Shown here piece after piece: positions 35,107 to 47,910 of a DNA stretch of 64,000 bases. The position numbers and the translations under genes are program-made. The stretch's first letter is position 1. Each line of letters opens with the position of its first letter. A model generated the notes under the pieces. That model had not been told where the DNA came from, did no database searches, and was given only the letters and a program-made list of their open reading frames with translations. The DNA comes from Octopus bimaculoides (taxonomy: Eukaryota), in the NCBI RefSeq assembly GCF_001194135.2, contig NC_068990.1:93921288-93985287 (forward strand), given 5' to 3'.

Positions 35107-37280
35107 AGAGAGAGAAAGAAATTTAAAGTATTTTACTAGTGGATCATCGTCTGAGGCACACACATTTCAAAAAATTCTCTTATCAGAACTTGGATATATT
35201 CAGTCTTCTGCTTGGCGTTGTATTTATTAAAATTTGGAGGCAAGATTTTGAAAAATTTCCAATGTAGCATTGTTACCAGCCTCTGTGTTTTGACTGATTT
35301 GCTTTCAGTGTTAGTGATGTTGCTTAGGTAAGAGACATACTTTAAGCAAATTATCTGAACATTCCATCTTCATTTTGTAGCTGCTCTTTCTGCCAAGCAA
35401 ACCAACATATCTGGTACATCAAAAATTCTGCTTTCTTATCAGTATGCCAGAGATCTCAGTGCATATTTTCTGCAGACATTATTTGTGCTGACTACAAGAA
35501 TTGAATTTCTATCAACTGCTTAACTAAAGCAAATGAGTTATGAAACACTAACCCGATGCATAAAATAACTTATCAACAATGTTTGAAAGAATTGCAGCTT
35601 TCTCTTTTATTATTATGCCCTTCATTGCTTCCCTAACCATTTGATTTCTTCTACAAGAAATCCTGATGGTTTTTACTTGGGATAAATTCTGTCAATTCCT
35701 ATTCCTATTCCAGTGACTGAAGTAGTAATATAAAATACCTCCTTCTCTTCACCCCACCTCAACCTACTACTCTCTGTATATTCCACAATGAAGTCAATAT
35801 CTTGTTGCCTATCTATTTGTGAGAGACTAAGCAGCCAAAATAATGGCCAGAATCAAGCTCTCCTTTAGGAAAAACTGTTTCTTTACATTAGAAAGAGTTT
35901 TCTTTTTAACTCTATAATCAAAATAAGCATCTACTTATTTGGTCGTGGTTTTCCCTCAGAATATACAAACCACAAAAGATACATTGAGGAAAACATTACT
36001 CACTAGAAATAAATACACTCAAAACAAAAGAATGTGTGTTTGTTTTCTTGACTTTTTCTTTAAAGAAATTCACATTCATTAGAAAGCATCTCATTTGCTT
36101 TTTCATTTCATGAACATTAAGGTACTGAGCCCAATGCTACCATGTACGGCTGTTACAATACCTTGTTTTACGAAGGATCTAGTCAGCCACCTTTGAGAAA
36201 GCTCACATAATGCCAGCCTTGTATGTATATTGGCAACATCTAGACCAAACACATTACTCATTTAGTTGCTAATTGAAATATATGACATTTTAGAAATATC
36301 TTGAAACACTTTAGAACTCGTTTTAGAATGGCACACTTTTTGTGAACTTTCAAAATTAAGTTTTCGACATTCTCTGTCACTTTAAAAAAACCAACCTATT
36401 GCAATTTAGCTACAAATAATACACGCGCACGCACACACACAGTCTCCAGATGTTTCTTGCTCGACAAATATACAAAGCAGAAAATATGTAAATTTAAGAT
36501 TTTCATTAAATTCACTAAATGCTGAACTAATGATTGGAGAATAATTAACATGGGAAATTATACAGGTGATCAAAGTCTTCATTAAAAGACTATCTTAGTT
36601 TGTGCTACTACTAATCAAATAAGATTATTATTTGTTTTATTAAAGCTGGAATAACAAAGACTAAATTGAGACTACAACAGGTTTTGGTCTATAAATCAGA
36701 TAATATTTGATCAAAATCTTGTGTGTGTGTGTGTGTGTGTGTGAGTATACACATCAGTTTATACAGTTTAAATTAGTAAAAAAAGAAAAGAAAAACAGAA
36801 ACAAAACATGCACACAAGATAAAAAATGAGAACAAAAGTTATTTGCAGTCTTCAAGCAGCAGTAAAAGACAAAAATCAAGATCATGCAGAATGAATCCCT
36901 ACAGAATTGGTGTAGAAAATAAGGATTTAAAAAAAAAATCAATCAAATGAAACAAAAAATAAAGAAATGCCTTATAATAATAATATTAATCAATGATGTA
37001 TGCATGTGTGTGTATGTATGTTAGTGTGTGTGTGTGTGTGTGCACGCATTAATAAGTGACCTGAACTGGTCAGTCGTGTATTCATGTGTAAATGTGCACA
37101 TATAAACACATGCACACGCACACACATACAGGTAGATAGACGAGATAGATACCATCAGCATTTTACATCCATATTTTCATGCTGCATTCACTACATACAC
37201 CATGCATATACGTCTGTGTGTATTTATATATTTTCATACACATATTTGGAAAAAGTACCCAATAATAGAAAAGTGAATGT

Positions 37281-37318
<38 letters not shown>

Positions 37319-37916
37319 NNNNNNNNNNNNNNNNNNNNNNNNNNNNNNNNNNNNNNNNNNNNNNNNNNNNNNNNNNNNNNNNNNNNNNNNNNNNNNNNNN
37401 NNNNNNNNNNNNNNNNNNNNNNNNNNNNNNNNNNNNNNNNNNNNNNNNNNNNNNNNNNNNNNNNNNNNNNNNNNNNNNNNNNNNNNNNNNNNNNNNNNNN
37501 NNNNNNNNNNNNNNNNNNNNNNNNNNNNNNNNNNNNNNNNNNNNNNNNNNNNNNNNNNNNNNNNNNNNNNNNNNNNNNNNNNNNNNNNNNNNNNNNNNNN
37601 NNNNNNNNNNNNNNNNNNNNNNNNNNNNNNNNNNNNNNNNNNNNNNNNNNNNNNNNNNNNNNNNNNNNNNNNNNNNNNNNNNNNNNNNNNNNNNNNNNNN
37701 NNNNNNNNNNNNNNNNNNNNNNNNNNNNNNNNNNNNNNNNNNNNNNNNNNNNNNNNNNNNNNNNNNNNNNNNNNNNNNNNNNNNNNNNNNNNNNNNNNNN
37801 NNNNNNNNNNNNNNNNNNNNNNNNNNNNNNNNNNNNNNNNNNNNNNNNNNNNNNNNNNNNNNNNNNNNNNNNNNNNNNNNNNNNNNNNNNNNNNNNNNNN
37901 NNNNNNNNNNNNNNNN
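37319..37916. other. Assembly gap, the largest; others near 2977, 13000, 13943, 23099, 44195, 53774 and 54754
   Basis: Runs of N. Several abut (TA)n, (AAT)n or poly-G tracts. Confidence 0.99.
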
Positions 37917-38893
37917 AGACAATAAGAAAGGCTGGAACAGAAGGTCAATGGAGCAACACAGTAATCTCATGAGCAAAGACCAATTAATAGATTCCCATTT
38001 CATAACTAAACATATAAATGCCGTAGGAACTGGATGTCTGATACCATTTTGAATCAACAATGCAGTGCACCAGAAAAAAACATCTAATAAATATGTCAGT
38101 TAACAGGTTAACCCCTGAGTTTTATTTCACACTGATTGTCAGATATTTGAATGTTCATTAATGAATGAAAATAACAGCAGTTGATAACAAAAAAAAAAAG
38201 GAATTAATGATAAATAAGTAGAGAGGGAGGGAGGCCAGAAACTGCAATGGAGCAATATGGTCCCTTTTTGGACAACAAATCACATAATTTATTGAATGAT
38301 TTATAGATGTATACTTTGATGATATAAATGAAATACATTTCAGATAGGTTAGCTGTTATGAATAGATATCTAATTAAGGTGTAGTCCAACATGTAGAAGT
38401 GCTCAAAGTGCCAAACAGCAATAATAATTTCTCTCTCTCTCTCTCTCTCTCTCTGCTGATGAGGCTTCCAATCATCCAGTTCCATTTTGTACAAAGTAAT
38501 AGTTTCTAGAGAAAGGCGTTGTTGTATAATGGGATTAGAGTTCTGATATGAAGCTCACAAAAGGGAGCAATTGTGTAACATCCCTTTGAAAATCTTACAA
38601 TTGGAACAGTTTAGGAATGATTCAAGAGCTGTAGATTGTTACTACAATAAAACAATGAGAAATTCAGTGTTTTAATACTTACACAGTGTTTTATTGTGTT
38701 AATCTAATTTAGTTTTAGTTTGATTAGGAATCCCATGTTTAAATGATAGAATTGTTTCCTTTAATAATCCATTAATGAATTAACGGTCTTATTAATATTT
38801 GGGAAAAATGGAAATGGGTGATTTAAAAAAAATCTTTTCTATTGTTAATGTGTGTTCACAAACAGGCATGTAAATACAAATTATATACAGACC

Positions 38894-38939
<46 letters not shown>

Positions 38940-39814
38940 AGATACATATCATACATGTGTGTGTAAGAGATTTGCCATGACACTAGAATATCCATTCCAA
39001 AAGAGTATTAGGCACCCAAATGTTCAAAGAGAGAGAGAGAGAGAGAGCGCGGGAGGGATGTAAGCAAGTGTCCTTCGAGAACATACAAGAGATATTATGA
39101 TGGCAGACTATAAAGACATCTCAGCCTTCAAAGATGCAATATCAAACTAAATCATTCTGGAAAGAATAGCTATGCACAGACACTTTATACATAGTTAATT
39201 AGTAGCAGAAGACATTTTAGAAAGGAAGAAACAAATTACAAAATGCCGGATGTATGGAAGAAGTGTTTGTAACACACAAACTGTATTCTATTCCTGAATT
39301 AAAAGGTGTTGATATTTGTTGGTTTTAAACAGTAAATAAGTCATTTTCAATCATTGTAATTGCTATGAAATTAGTAAGTGAAAAGTTTAATCCCTCTTTC
39401 TTTTAAGAAAAACAAAAAAGAGAGAGGTAAATAAGAGAGAAAAGAGAAATGAAGGAAAAGTAAAGGGAGAAAATAGACTGTTTCTGATTAAGACAAGTGA
39501 ATTATGGACGATGACAGCATTGATGACATGTGAGAGCCACTAGAGAAAAGGTGAATCTTTGAAAGACTAAAACCATTCCAATGCTGGTAGAACTTATTGA
39601 ATTTGAAGTTGTTAATGACTTAAGTGAAACCTAACAAAATTTATGAATAACAGAAATTAATAATAATAATAATAATAATGGGTAACAAGGATTTCACACA
39701 TTGGCACAGAGCAGTTAATGAATAGAGGAAGAGAACTTTGGTTGATTGAACCAATTTCAGAAGAATGAACAATAAAAGTGATCATGACATGAATATAACA
39801 GAAAATAACAACAG

Positions 39815-40011
39815 CTGTTTCAAACAATCAGCCAGGAATTTTAGGGCAATGGGGTCAGTTGATGGTATTGAACCCTGGTACTTGACCAACCACAAAACGG
39901 TGAAAGGCAAAGTTGATCTTTGGTGGCATTTGAACTTAGAATATAAAGGGCTGCAAGAATTGTCACTGAGCATTTCGTCCAATGCGCTAACGATTCTGCT
40001 AGCCCACTGCC

Positions 40012-40012
<1 letters not shown>
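39815..40012 (-). mobile_element. SINE family B copy
   Basis: ctggtactt..gaaaggcaaagttgatc..atttgaacttagaa..gctaacgattctgctagc. Confidence 0.72.
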
Positions 40013-40048
<36 letters not shown>

Positions 40049-40689
40049 CAACAATAATAATAATAATAACAATTGGAGGTCTTATCTATTAAGGTGAAAC
40101 ATTCTAAATTTGTACACCAAACATTAAGCTAAAAAACAAAATTTCTTTTTAAATAAATGAAAAAATAAAACCCAACAACAACAATAAACATATATGTAAC
40201 AAACACATTGTTACAACATGAAACATGGAATGAAAAACACCACATGAGGCTAATAAAGAAATATATAAATGACGAATAACTACAATACAGACAAAACATC
40301 GAAAAAATCCGAAAGTGACAATTATTTTGAGAAAAATATTTTCATTATTTTCATTATTTAAATAAAACAAGTTGACACACAAAAAATACATCATTTTAAC
40401 ATTTCACAATAAAGTGAAAAATAAACAAATATACACTATAAAAATTTACAAAAAAAAAACCAAACAAGTTGAAGTTAAATCTATGGAAAGGAACATGGCA
40501 GTTTATTTGGAAATCTAGGAAAGAACTAATTTTTGTCTACCTTGCTGTGTGTGTGTCTGTGTGTCTGTGTGAACCCAATTATACATGCAGAGCCACATAA
40601 ATATCTACTAAAACATTACTAAATAAAATAATTCAAATATTTCCCTCTACAGATGTATGCAGATATCTGGTGTCAATGGATGAGTATAG

Positions 40690-41068
40690 CTCTTGCAGCA
40701 ATATGATTTGGTCCTGAAGCAGCTACTTGACCATTCAAATGTTCATGTGATATATCTCGACTTTGCAAAAGCCTTTGACAAAGTTGATCATGGCTTGATA
40801 TGTCACAAGCTGCGAAACCTTGGCATAGCTGGTAAATTAGGAGAATGGCTGCATGACTTCCTGAATGGTAGAAGTCAGACAGTTGCAACCAATAGAGAAT
40901 TATCTAGGGAAACGCAAATATTGAGCGGTGTTCCACAAAGAGCTTTCCTGGGACCACTACTTTTCATAGTAGCCCTTCTGGACATGACCACGGTCACTTG
41001 GACAGCCATTGTCACTAGCTATGCTGATGACACAAAACTATCTCAGGCACTAAAGAATCCTGATGATG
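40690..41068 (+). mobile_element. CR1/Jockey-group LINE reverse transcriptase fragment
   Basis: Open stretch VIYLDFAKAFDKVDH...SGVPQ..FLGPLLF...SYADDTKL (RT subdomains 3-5), ending in a TA microsatellite. Confidence 0.9.
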
Positions 41069-41299
41069 TCATATATATATCTATACATATATATATATAT
41101 CTCTATATATCTATACATATACATATACATATATATATATAGTAAGTAAGATATATATATATATGCATATATACGTGTATATATGGGTACAGGACATCAA
41201 AAAAACATGAACAAAATAAAAAAACGGCAACATAAAAAAAACAAAAACATGGAAAATGACCTTTTTTTTTGAACAACGAAAGAAATAGAGAAATGAGAC

Positions 41300-41339
<40 letters not shown>

Positions 41340-44300
41340 ACATATGGGAATTTTTTCCTGGATGGGAATATACTTCTTTCCACACACACACACACATACA
41401 CGTGGTCTGAGAAACGCAAGTAATTTGAAAGTCACCTAGCTTTTTCTTTGTAAAATGCACATTAAACATGAATTAAGTAATCTTTCATGTTCCTGTTAAA
41501 TTGTTTTTATAGATAACTTGACATAAAAAACAAACATTAATATATATCATATTTTTATAAATACAGGAATTAAATATGAGCTACTATAAGTTTCATGCAC
41601 AGATAATACAGTCATTGGATGGGCGTGTTTAGCCCATTGTGTATTATCCTGTAATTATTCAGTCTCAAAATAAACATCCTTTTTTTTATTAAATAATACT
41701 TATCTTTTGCTGTATGGTGGACGTTTTTTGTTGATCCCACCAATAATGGAAGAGTACATACATACATACACACACTTAAATGTATACACACATACATATA
41801 CACAAAATAGTTTATAATTATGTTCTTTATCCTAATCAATTTACTTACATCTGCTTACTTGTATTTTTCAAGATCCACTGTGCTTAATTTGCTAATGTAT
41901 TTGTAATTAGGCTCAGTTCCTCGTTATGGGCTGCAGTTGTTGGGAGTTTCTATTTAGCCTTTCTAGATTTATTTATTCTTCAGTGTATTGTACTGAAGCT
42001 GTACTTCAGAACTGGACAAAGTGGTATTGGGTCGATTAAATTTTTTTTTTTTTAACTATTTGTTTATTCTGTAGTAGTTCTACTACTACAGAATAAACAA
42101 ATAGTTTTTAAAAAATTAAATCTAATTCAATGTTTTTAATTTTTACTTGACTTATATTTTCTAAGAGTAGTTGTGAGCATATTTAGTTTAATTCCATATC
42201 ATTGTCATATAACTCCTGAATTCATGCACAATTTTTTGCAGGTTATCTAGCTTGGCTATTTAATTTTAAGTCAACCATATGGGAGAAATTGTTTATATTT
42301 TGTCTTTGATATTATCCCTTTATTCACAATGGTGTCAACTGAATGGTAACACGCACACAACAGAGACAAAGCAAGGATCACAATTATCTTCAATATTATT
42401 AACACAAACATTATCAGGCTTGGTTTTAAGGGGGAGAATACTAATAATTATATTAACCTTTTTTTACTGATGTGTGTTCAATTTCGATGCCAAAAGAAAG
42501 AAAACTGAATTTCTCTTTTGGCGCTTCATGATATCTCCTGATGAACTTTCTCAGCCTTTCTTTACTATTTTTATTAAATCTGATAAAACTTGATGCTTTG
42601 GTATATTATTTACTGAAAACCACATGTCTTCTATATTAACATAGGTCGGATACTTTTCCAATATTCACATAAAATGCTAATTGTTGGAATAATACTATTT
42701 ACAATTGGATGCTGTGTTTTACAGTCAGGTAGACTGGAGAAGAGAGAGAGAGAGAGCAATTGTGCAAGATGCAGCATGGAGCAGCACAATCGTTGACTTC
42801 AAGCTTGAAGTTATAAAGCAAATGTGAGTATCTGAAATGAGTCAGAGTGTACATGTATGCATCCACATAAGTTGTTTAGTAATGTCTATTGAGATTTTAA
42901 TAAAAAGAACAACAGGAAGATTACCAAAAGTAATCTCAGGAAGTAGAGCAACCAGTTCTGGATGCAAGTATAAATGATACAAACAAAATTGTCTGACAAA
43001 CAGTAAATAACAAATTGCAGTTGTAAACAACAGATTAAATTAGCAACAGTTTAAATTTCTGTTCAGGAATTTAAATAGAAAATTACTCTTAAATTTAGGG
43101 ACGCTAAACATAAAACCCATTTCTGATGATTTTCATGTTGACAGGATAAAAATAATTACTATGAAAACTGATCTTATTTAAAACATAGCACAAGAGAGTT
43201 GAGTTTAAGGCCCAGGACTTCAATTACATCGATTTGTGTGATAACAAACACCATTTCAAGTTAAAAACTATGAAATGTGTTCTGATTTCGACTCACATAA
43301 CTGCATCCACAGATTAATATTTATTTCTAAAGAATCATTTCATCAACGCTTACTTGGCAAAATGATGAAAAATAAGAAAATATAGTAAGTTGGATTTTGG
43401 GTTCTTTCAAACGTCTAGTTTTCATTCAATTAAGAAATCAAACACAATCTCTACAATTCAAAAGTGACATCAGTATGAGCAAAGACCTAAAATTTAGGAA
43501 TGTTCCTTTGATTTGAGGAGAAATATCTAATGCCAAGTCTTCGAATGAACAGTTTTGCATGGAAAGGGAATAAGAAGATAGGATTGGTTCAATATGTTCA
43601 TTATAAATTTAAAGAAACAGATTTGAAATAATATGCAAATACAAAAACACCTAAGATCCTTTACGAACTTCTTTCCCACCCAGCAATCAACTACTGAATT
43701 AAAATCATCATCGATCCTTTTGTTTGCATTGAACAAAAAAAAAAAATGTTTTCATTTATCATACACACACACACATACATACACATGTGCACACACGCAC
43801 ACAGTGATAACTTGATCTATAGACATCTGTAAACTGTATTCTTTAAAATGGTAAAATGTGATTTGAAAAAAACTGAAGTCTTATAAATTCTTGCATTATC
43901 GACACACCATTCCCCACTGTTCTCTGATACACTGAATTATTTAAAAACAGGCAAAATAATTCAAAGGTTTTAAACTTTCTACAACAATAACTAGTAATCA
44001 AAATAATAATAATTTTATACATGACAAATAACAGTAATATTTGTAGCAAATAGTATTAAATCTAACCCCTAAAGTGTTTAAATTCTACCATGAATGAGTA
44101 CAAACAATATCAAGCAATAAACAACTATATTACTCCAGTTTATTTTCCGAGTCATCTTAACAGAAATTCAATTGACAGTGAACTTTATTGGTTGNNNNNN
44201 NNNNNNNNNNNNNNNNNNNNNNNGGGGGGGGGGGGAGTCCACTTTAGCTGCGTGACAAACATTAACTAAAAACTAAATTTCTATTTTATTAATTTCTTGC

Positions 44301-44472
44301 ATTTCATTTGTTTGAATTTGACCAATCAATGCAATTGCTGACGCCTATAAAGAGCTCAATTTATCTCAAACATGAACACTACAAATATATATGCATGTTT
44401 GTGTGATTGTGTATGTATGTATGCATGCATGTATATTATATATATATATATATATAACTATATACATGTATG

Positions 44473-44532
<60 letters not shown>

Positions 44533-44675
44533 TACACATGTATTTCTGTAGACATGAGATAGAAAAAGGAACAGCAACTAATATTTAGAATATGATTTTT
44601 TTTTTATATATAATAATAAGTGTAATAAATATGATTGGAAAGTATTTGTATCTATTATGCCACATAAATACATAC

Positions 44676-44810
44676 TTGACAGAGGTGATTTGCGTTTGAG
44701 CGGCAAGGGGCCTTTATCCTTCCGCCGCAGCATTGGACTGTGTGTTATGCGCCGTTCCATAACTTTCTGTTTCAGAGCTGAGCGCACTTTAAGTATATTA
44801 GGTTCAGATG
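44676..44810 (-). CDS. HDAC4: Class IIa HDAC exon with 14-3-3 site and NLS: (A)SEPNILKVRSALKQKVMERRITHSPMLRRKDKGPLPLKRKSPLS
   Basis: Acceptor tttgcag| and donor |GTATGT, phase 1 to 1. Matches human [30 protein letters not shown]. Confidence 0.96.
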
Positions 44811-44967
44811 CTGCAAACAAGAACATGACAACACAGTTACAAGCATGCCTAGAGGCAAGTAGCTGGCACCAGCTACTGGAGTTGATGATGGCAGTAGTAG
44901 GCAGCAGAATTCTGACCAACATGTAAAAATTAATTCAACATATTAAAAAAAAGAAACGGTGTGTCTT

Positions 44968-45011
<44 letters not shown>

Positions 45012-46629
45012 CAATTAACAGTCAATAAAAATTGGTGAAATTTCAAAACAGAGAAATAAAATAAAAAATTTTTGTCAGGGTAAGCTGTAAAATTAAAAAT
45101 AAATATGAAATTAAAATAAATAATAAACATGGAAGTTATATATAAGGGTTACACAATTGCAAACATTTCTTTTTAAATTCCATAATTTAATGACAGTTAT
45201 CTTTTCAAAGAAAATGTTGAATGGCTTCTTCCTATATGATTGAGAAGAAAAGTAATTTAACCAATCTGTTGAACACATAAACACAGTATGATTTAATTGT
45301 CAATTTTCTACAGATTAAACTTTACTAAGCAGTCAAACAGAAGCCACAAAATAAAGAATAGTTGAATGTAAAAATGAAACTAAAAAGATAAATATGTAAC
45401 AAACAATTTTACATGTATTGATAGACTTTGGTTCAATATGTACATTAATATTTGTTTCCTTTTAGTAGGCAGTATAAGAACCTATATTTTAAAGGTGGCT
45501 AAAATACAAATTTGAAAGATTCATACATTTCTCAAGTACATTTATTAGATACAGTCAAGTGAAATGGCTTTAGCTAGATTAAAAATGCATTGGACATTCA
45601 TTCTGCTCGGTGGATCTTATCTATTGCTTGCTACAGTATTTTCAATTGTAAAAAGTAAATTCTCTTGGCAAGACTATGACATTAACTTTGGGCATTGGTT
45701 GAAGCTTTTTTTACAAATATTTTTTGCAGAAAGCATGATGATCACAACATCTTATTTCATTTAAAATACAGATTGGGTGTGTTGAGGTGTGGACATGCAA
45801 GGCAGTTGTCTGGGTGTGCCATGGGTTAAGTGACCCAATGCTAATTTATAAATGCTGTTAATAAATACTATAGGGCCCAGTGCATTGCTTTCCTTGGAGA
45901 CAACACATGTCTAGGGGCCTGATTGTTAATCTATACATGCTGTGAATTGCTGTCAGCAAATATGCTGTCCACCTTAGGGGCCAAGAATACAGTTAAGACA
46001 GATTGGACATTCATTCCACATTTGAACATAGGAATCTGAATAAGTTGTTCTTTAATATTTATAGAAATACATTTACAAAGCCTGGTTAATGCACTAATCC
46101 TAAGTACAGCCAATGGTAAACAACTCTTTATAATTGATACTTTCAAGAGAAATGTTTTCAATTTTATATATATTCATTTGTTTCTTCATTCATTCTATGT
46201 CCATTTTGCCATGCTAGCATGGGTTAGACAATATATTTGTTGTAGAAGCATTGTTTTTACAACTGGTTTGCCTTCCAGTGAGCAAACCATAACCCTAACC
46301 CTAACCCTGCCTTACATGTGAAGGAGTTTACATTCCCCTCGTCTTCGAAAGTGGGGAGTAACTGAATGATTTGTTGACAGAGAAATAACAACTCCATCCA
46401 GTGAGATTTCATATGATCACACACACGCACACACACGCGCACACACACACACACACACACACAAGTAAAACTGGGAGATAAACATAAGTAGACGCAGGGA
46501 ATGTATTTACATGGAAAGTTGAGAATACAAATAAAAGAAATGATACGATAGTTTTATCATTACAGCCATTCTGGATGAACAATGACTGGTTCCATAACCC
46601 TGTATATTATGTAATAAGGCCCCAGAATA

Positions 46630-46840
46630 TTCTTTTCTATTCTAGGCACAAGGCCTGAAATTTTGGGGGACAGGGCCGGTCAATTAGATCGACCCCAGTG
46701 CACAATTGGTACTTAATTTATTGACACCCCAAAAAGGATGAAAGGCAAAGTCAACCTCGGTAGAATTTGAACTCAGAATGTAAAGACCATTAAGCATTTA
46801 GCTGGGCATGCTAATGTTTCTGCCAACTCACAGCCTTGAG
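46630..46840 (-). mobile_element. SINE family B copy
   Basis: ggcacaaggcctgaaatttt...aggatgaaaggcaaagtcaacctcgg..atttgaactcagaa. Confidence 0.8.
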
Positions 46841-47310
46841 GTCCCAGAATATTGCAGGTGTATGGAATAGCACAAACTTTTAGAGAACGGTAATGAGATT
46901 GTGTAATTTTGCATTACTGATCTCTAAAAATCCATAATTTTTCTATACATTTTCATGTAAATACATTCCTACTTTTGTTTATCTGTCTTTTCGATCCGCA
47001 TAATCACTTGATGAAGCTCATTCTTATAACTGACTTCCTGCACTGGCACAACCTGGGGACTATAACATGCTGTTTTATTGTTCTCAAACACATTCCCGAC
47101 CCTCATACATGCACACACACACACACACAAGAGGCTTTATTCCTGCATACCAAATTGGTTGGCCCAGGGCTATAGCAAGGTGTTGTGCAGTGCAGTTGAA
47201 CCTGAAACTACATGGATGCAAAGCAAACTTCTTACCTACACACACATGGAGAGTTTACTGTTCCGCTACAGGTAGGATCAACAATATATGTAAAAAAAAA
47301 AAGGGGGGGG

Positions 47311-47393
47311 GTTGACAGTGATTTCAAAGTTTTGGCTTTTAGCAGACTGTCTGATGAAGACAAGGACGTTGAAACTTTGAATTCAGTGTCAAC
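47311..47393 (+). ncRNA. Type III-topology hammerhead-like motif
   Basis: Stem III with 18 of 20 pairs, GUU triplet, intact CTGATGA and GAAAC, short stem II, poor stem I. Confidence 0.45.
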
Positions 47394-47490
47394 ATTTTCC
47401 GAGCAAAACTTAATAAATATGAACTCCATGAAAAAGTATTGAGTAATTCTTCAGTTTAAAATTAAATTGTTTTTAACACACGCACACACA

Positions 47491-47710
47491 CAAGGGGCTG
47501 CTGAAAAGTTCCTGGCTTTAAGAGTATTGCAAAAGGCCCGGTTGGAGGCCCAACATTCTGAGTTCTTTTTACAGGGGTAACAAAAATTGAAGGACTGCTG
47601 CCAATAAGTTTGTGAATCTGAGAAGGGAAACATGTTGAATAAAATCATAATTAACTGATCCTCCTCTATTTTGTTTTTAACCCAAAACCAGGAACTTTTC
47701 TGCACCTCTT
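47491..47710 (+). mobile_element. Mariner-derived MITE, copy 2 of the same family
   Basis: Colinear with 20053-20269 (CAAGGGGCTGCTGAAAAGTTCCTGGCTTTAAGAGTATTGCAAAAGGCC...ATAAAATCATAATTAACTGATCCTCCT...CCAGGAACTTT). Confidence 0.85.
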
Positions 47711-47759
<49 letters not shown>

Positions 47760-47769
<10 letters not shown>

Positions 47770-47910
47770 TAAGAAGCTTTCTACCCACATGGTTTTGGGT
47801 TCAGTACTACTGTGTGGTACCTTGGGCAAGTTTCTTCTTGCTATATCCCCAAGCCAACTAAAGCCTTGCGAGTCGATTTGGTACATGGAAACTGAAAGAA
47901 GCCTGTCGTG
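47760..47910 (+). mobile_element. SINE family A copy
   Basis: gtggtaagaagctt..cccacatggttttgggttcagt..ccttgggcaag..gatttggtacatggaaactgaaagaagcctgtcg. Confidence 0.82.

Noticed and set aside
35150-35560. Partly open minus-strand frames suggesting a transposase relic
   Set aside because: No motif I could recognise; needs an HMM search.
37084-38060. Long ORFs of 212-322 aa, and similar ones at 23.0 and 53.7 kb
   Set aside because: Artefacts of N-gaps translated as X.
42796-42811. Perfect 16-bp palindrome ACTTCAAGCTTGAAGT
   Set aside because: About one or a few are expected by chance in 64 kb of AT-rich DNA.
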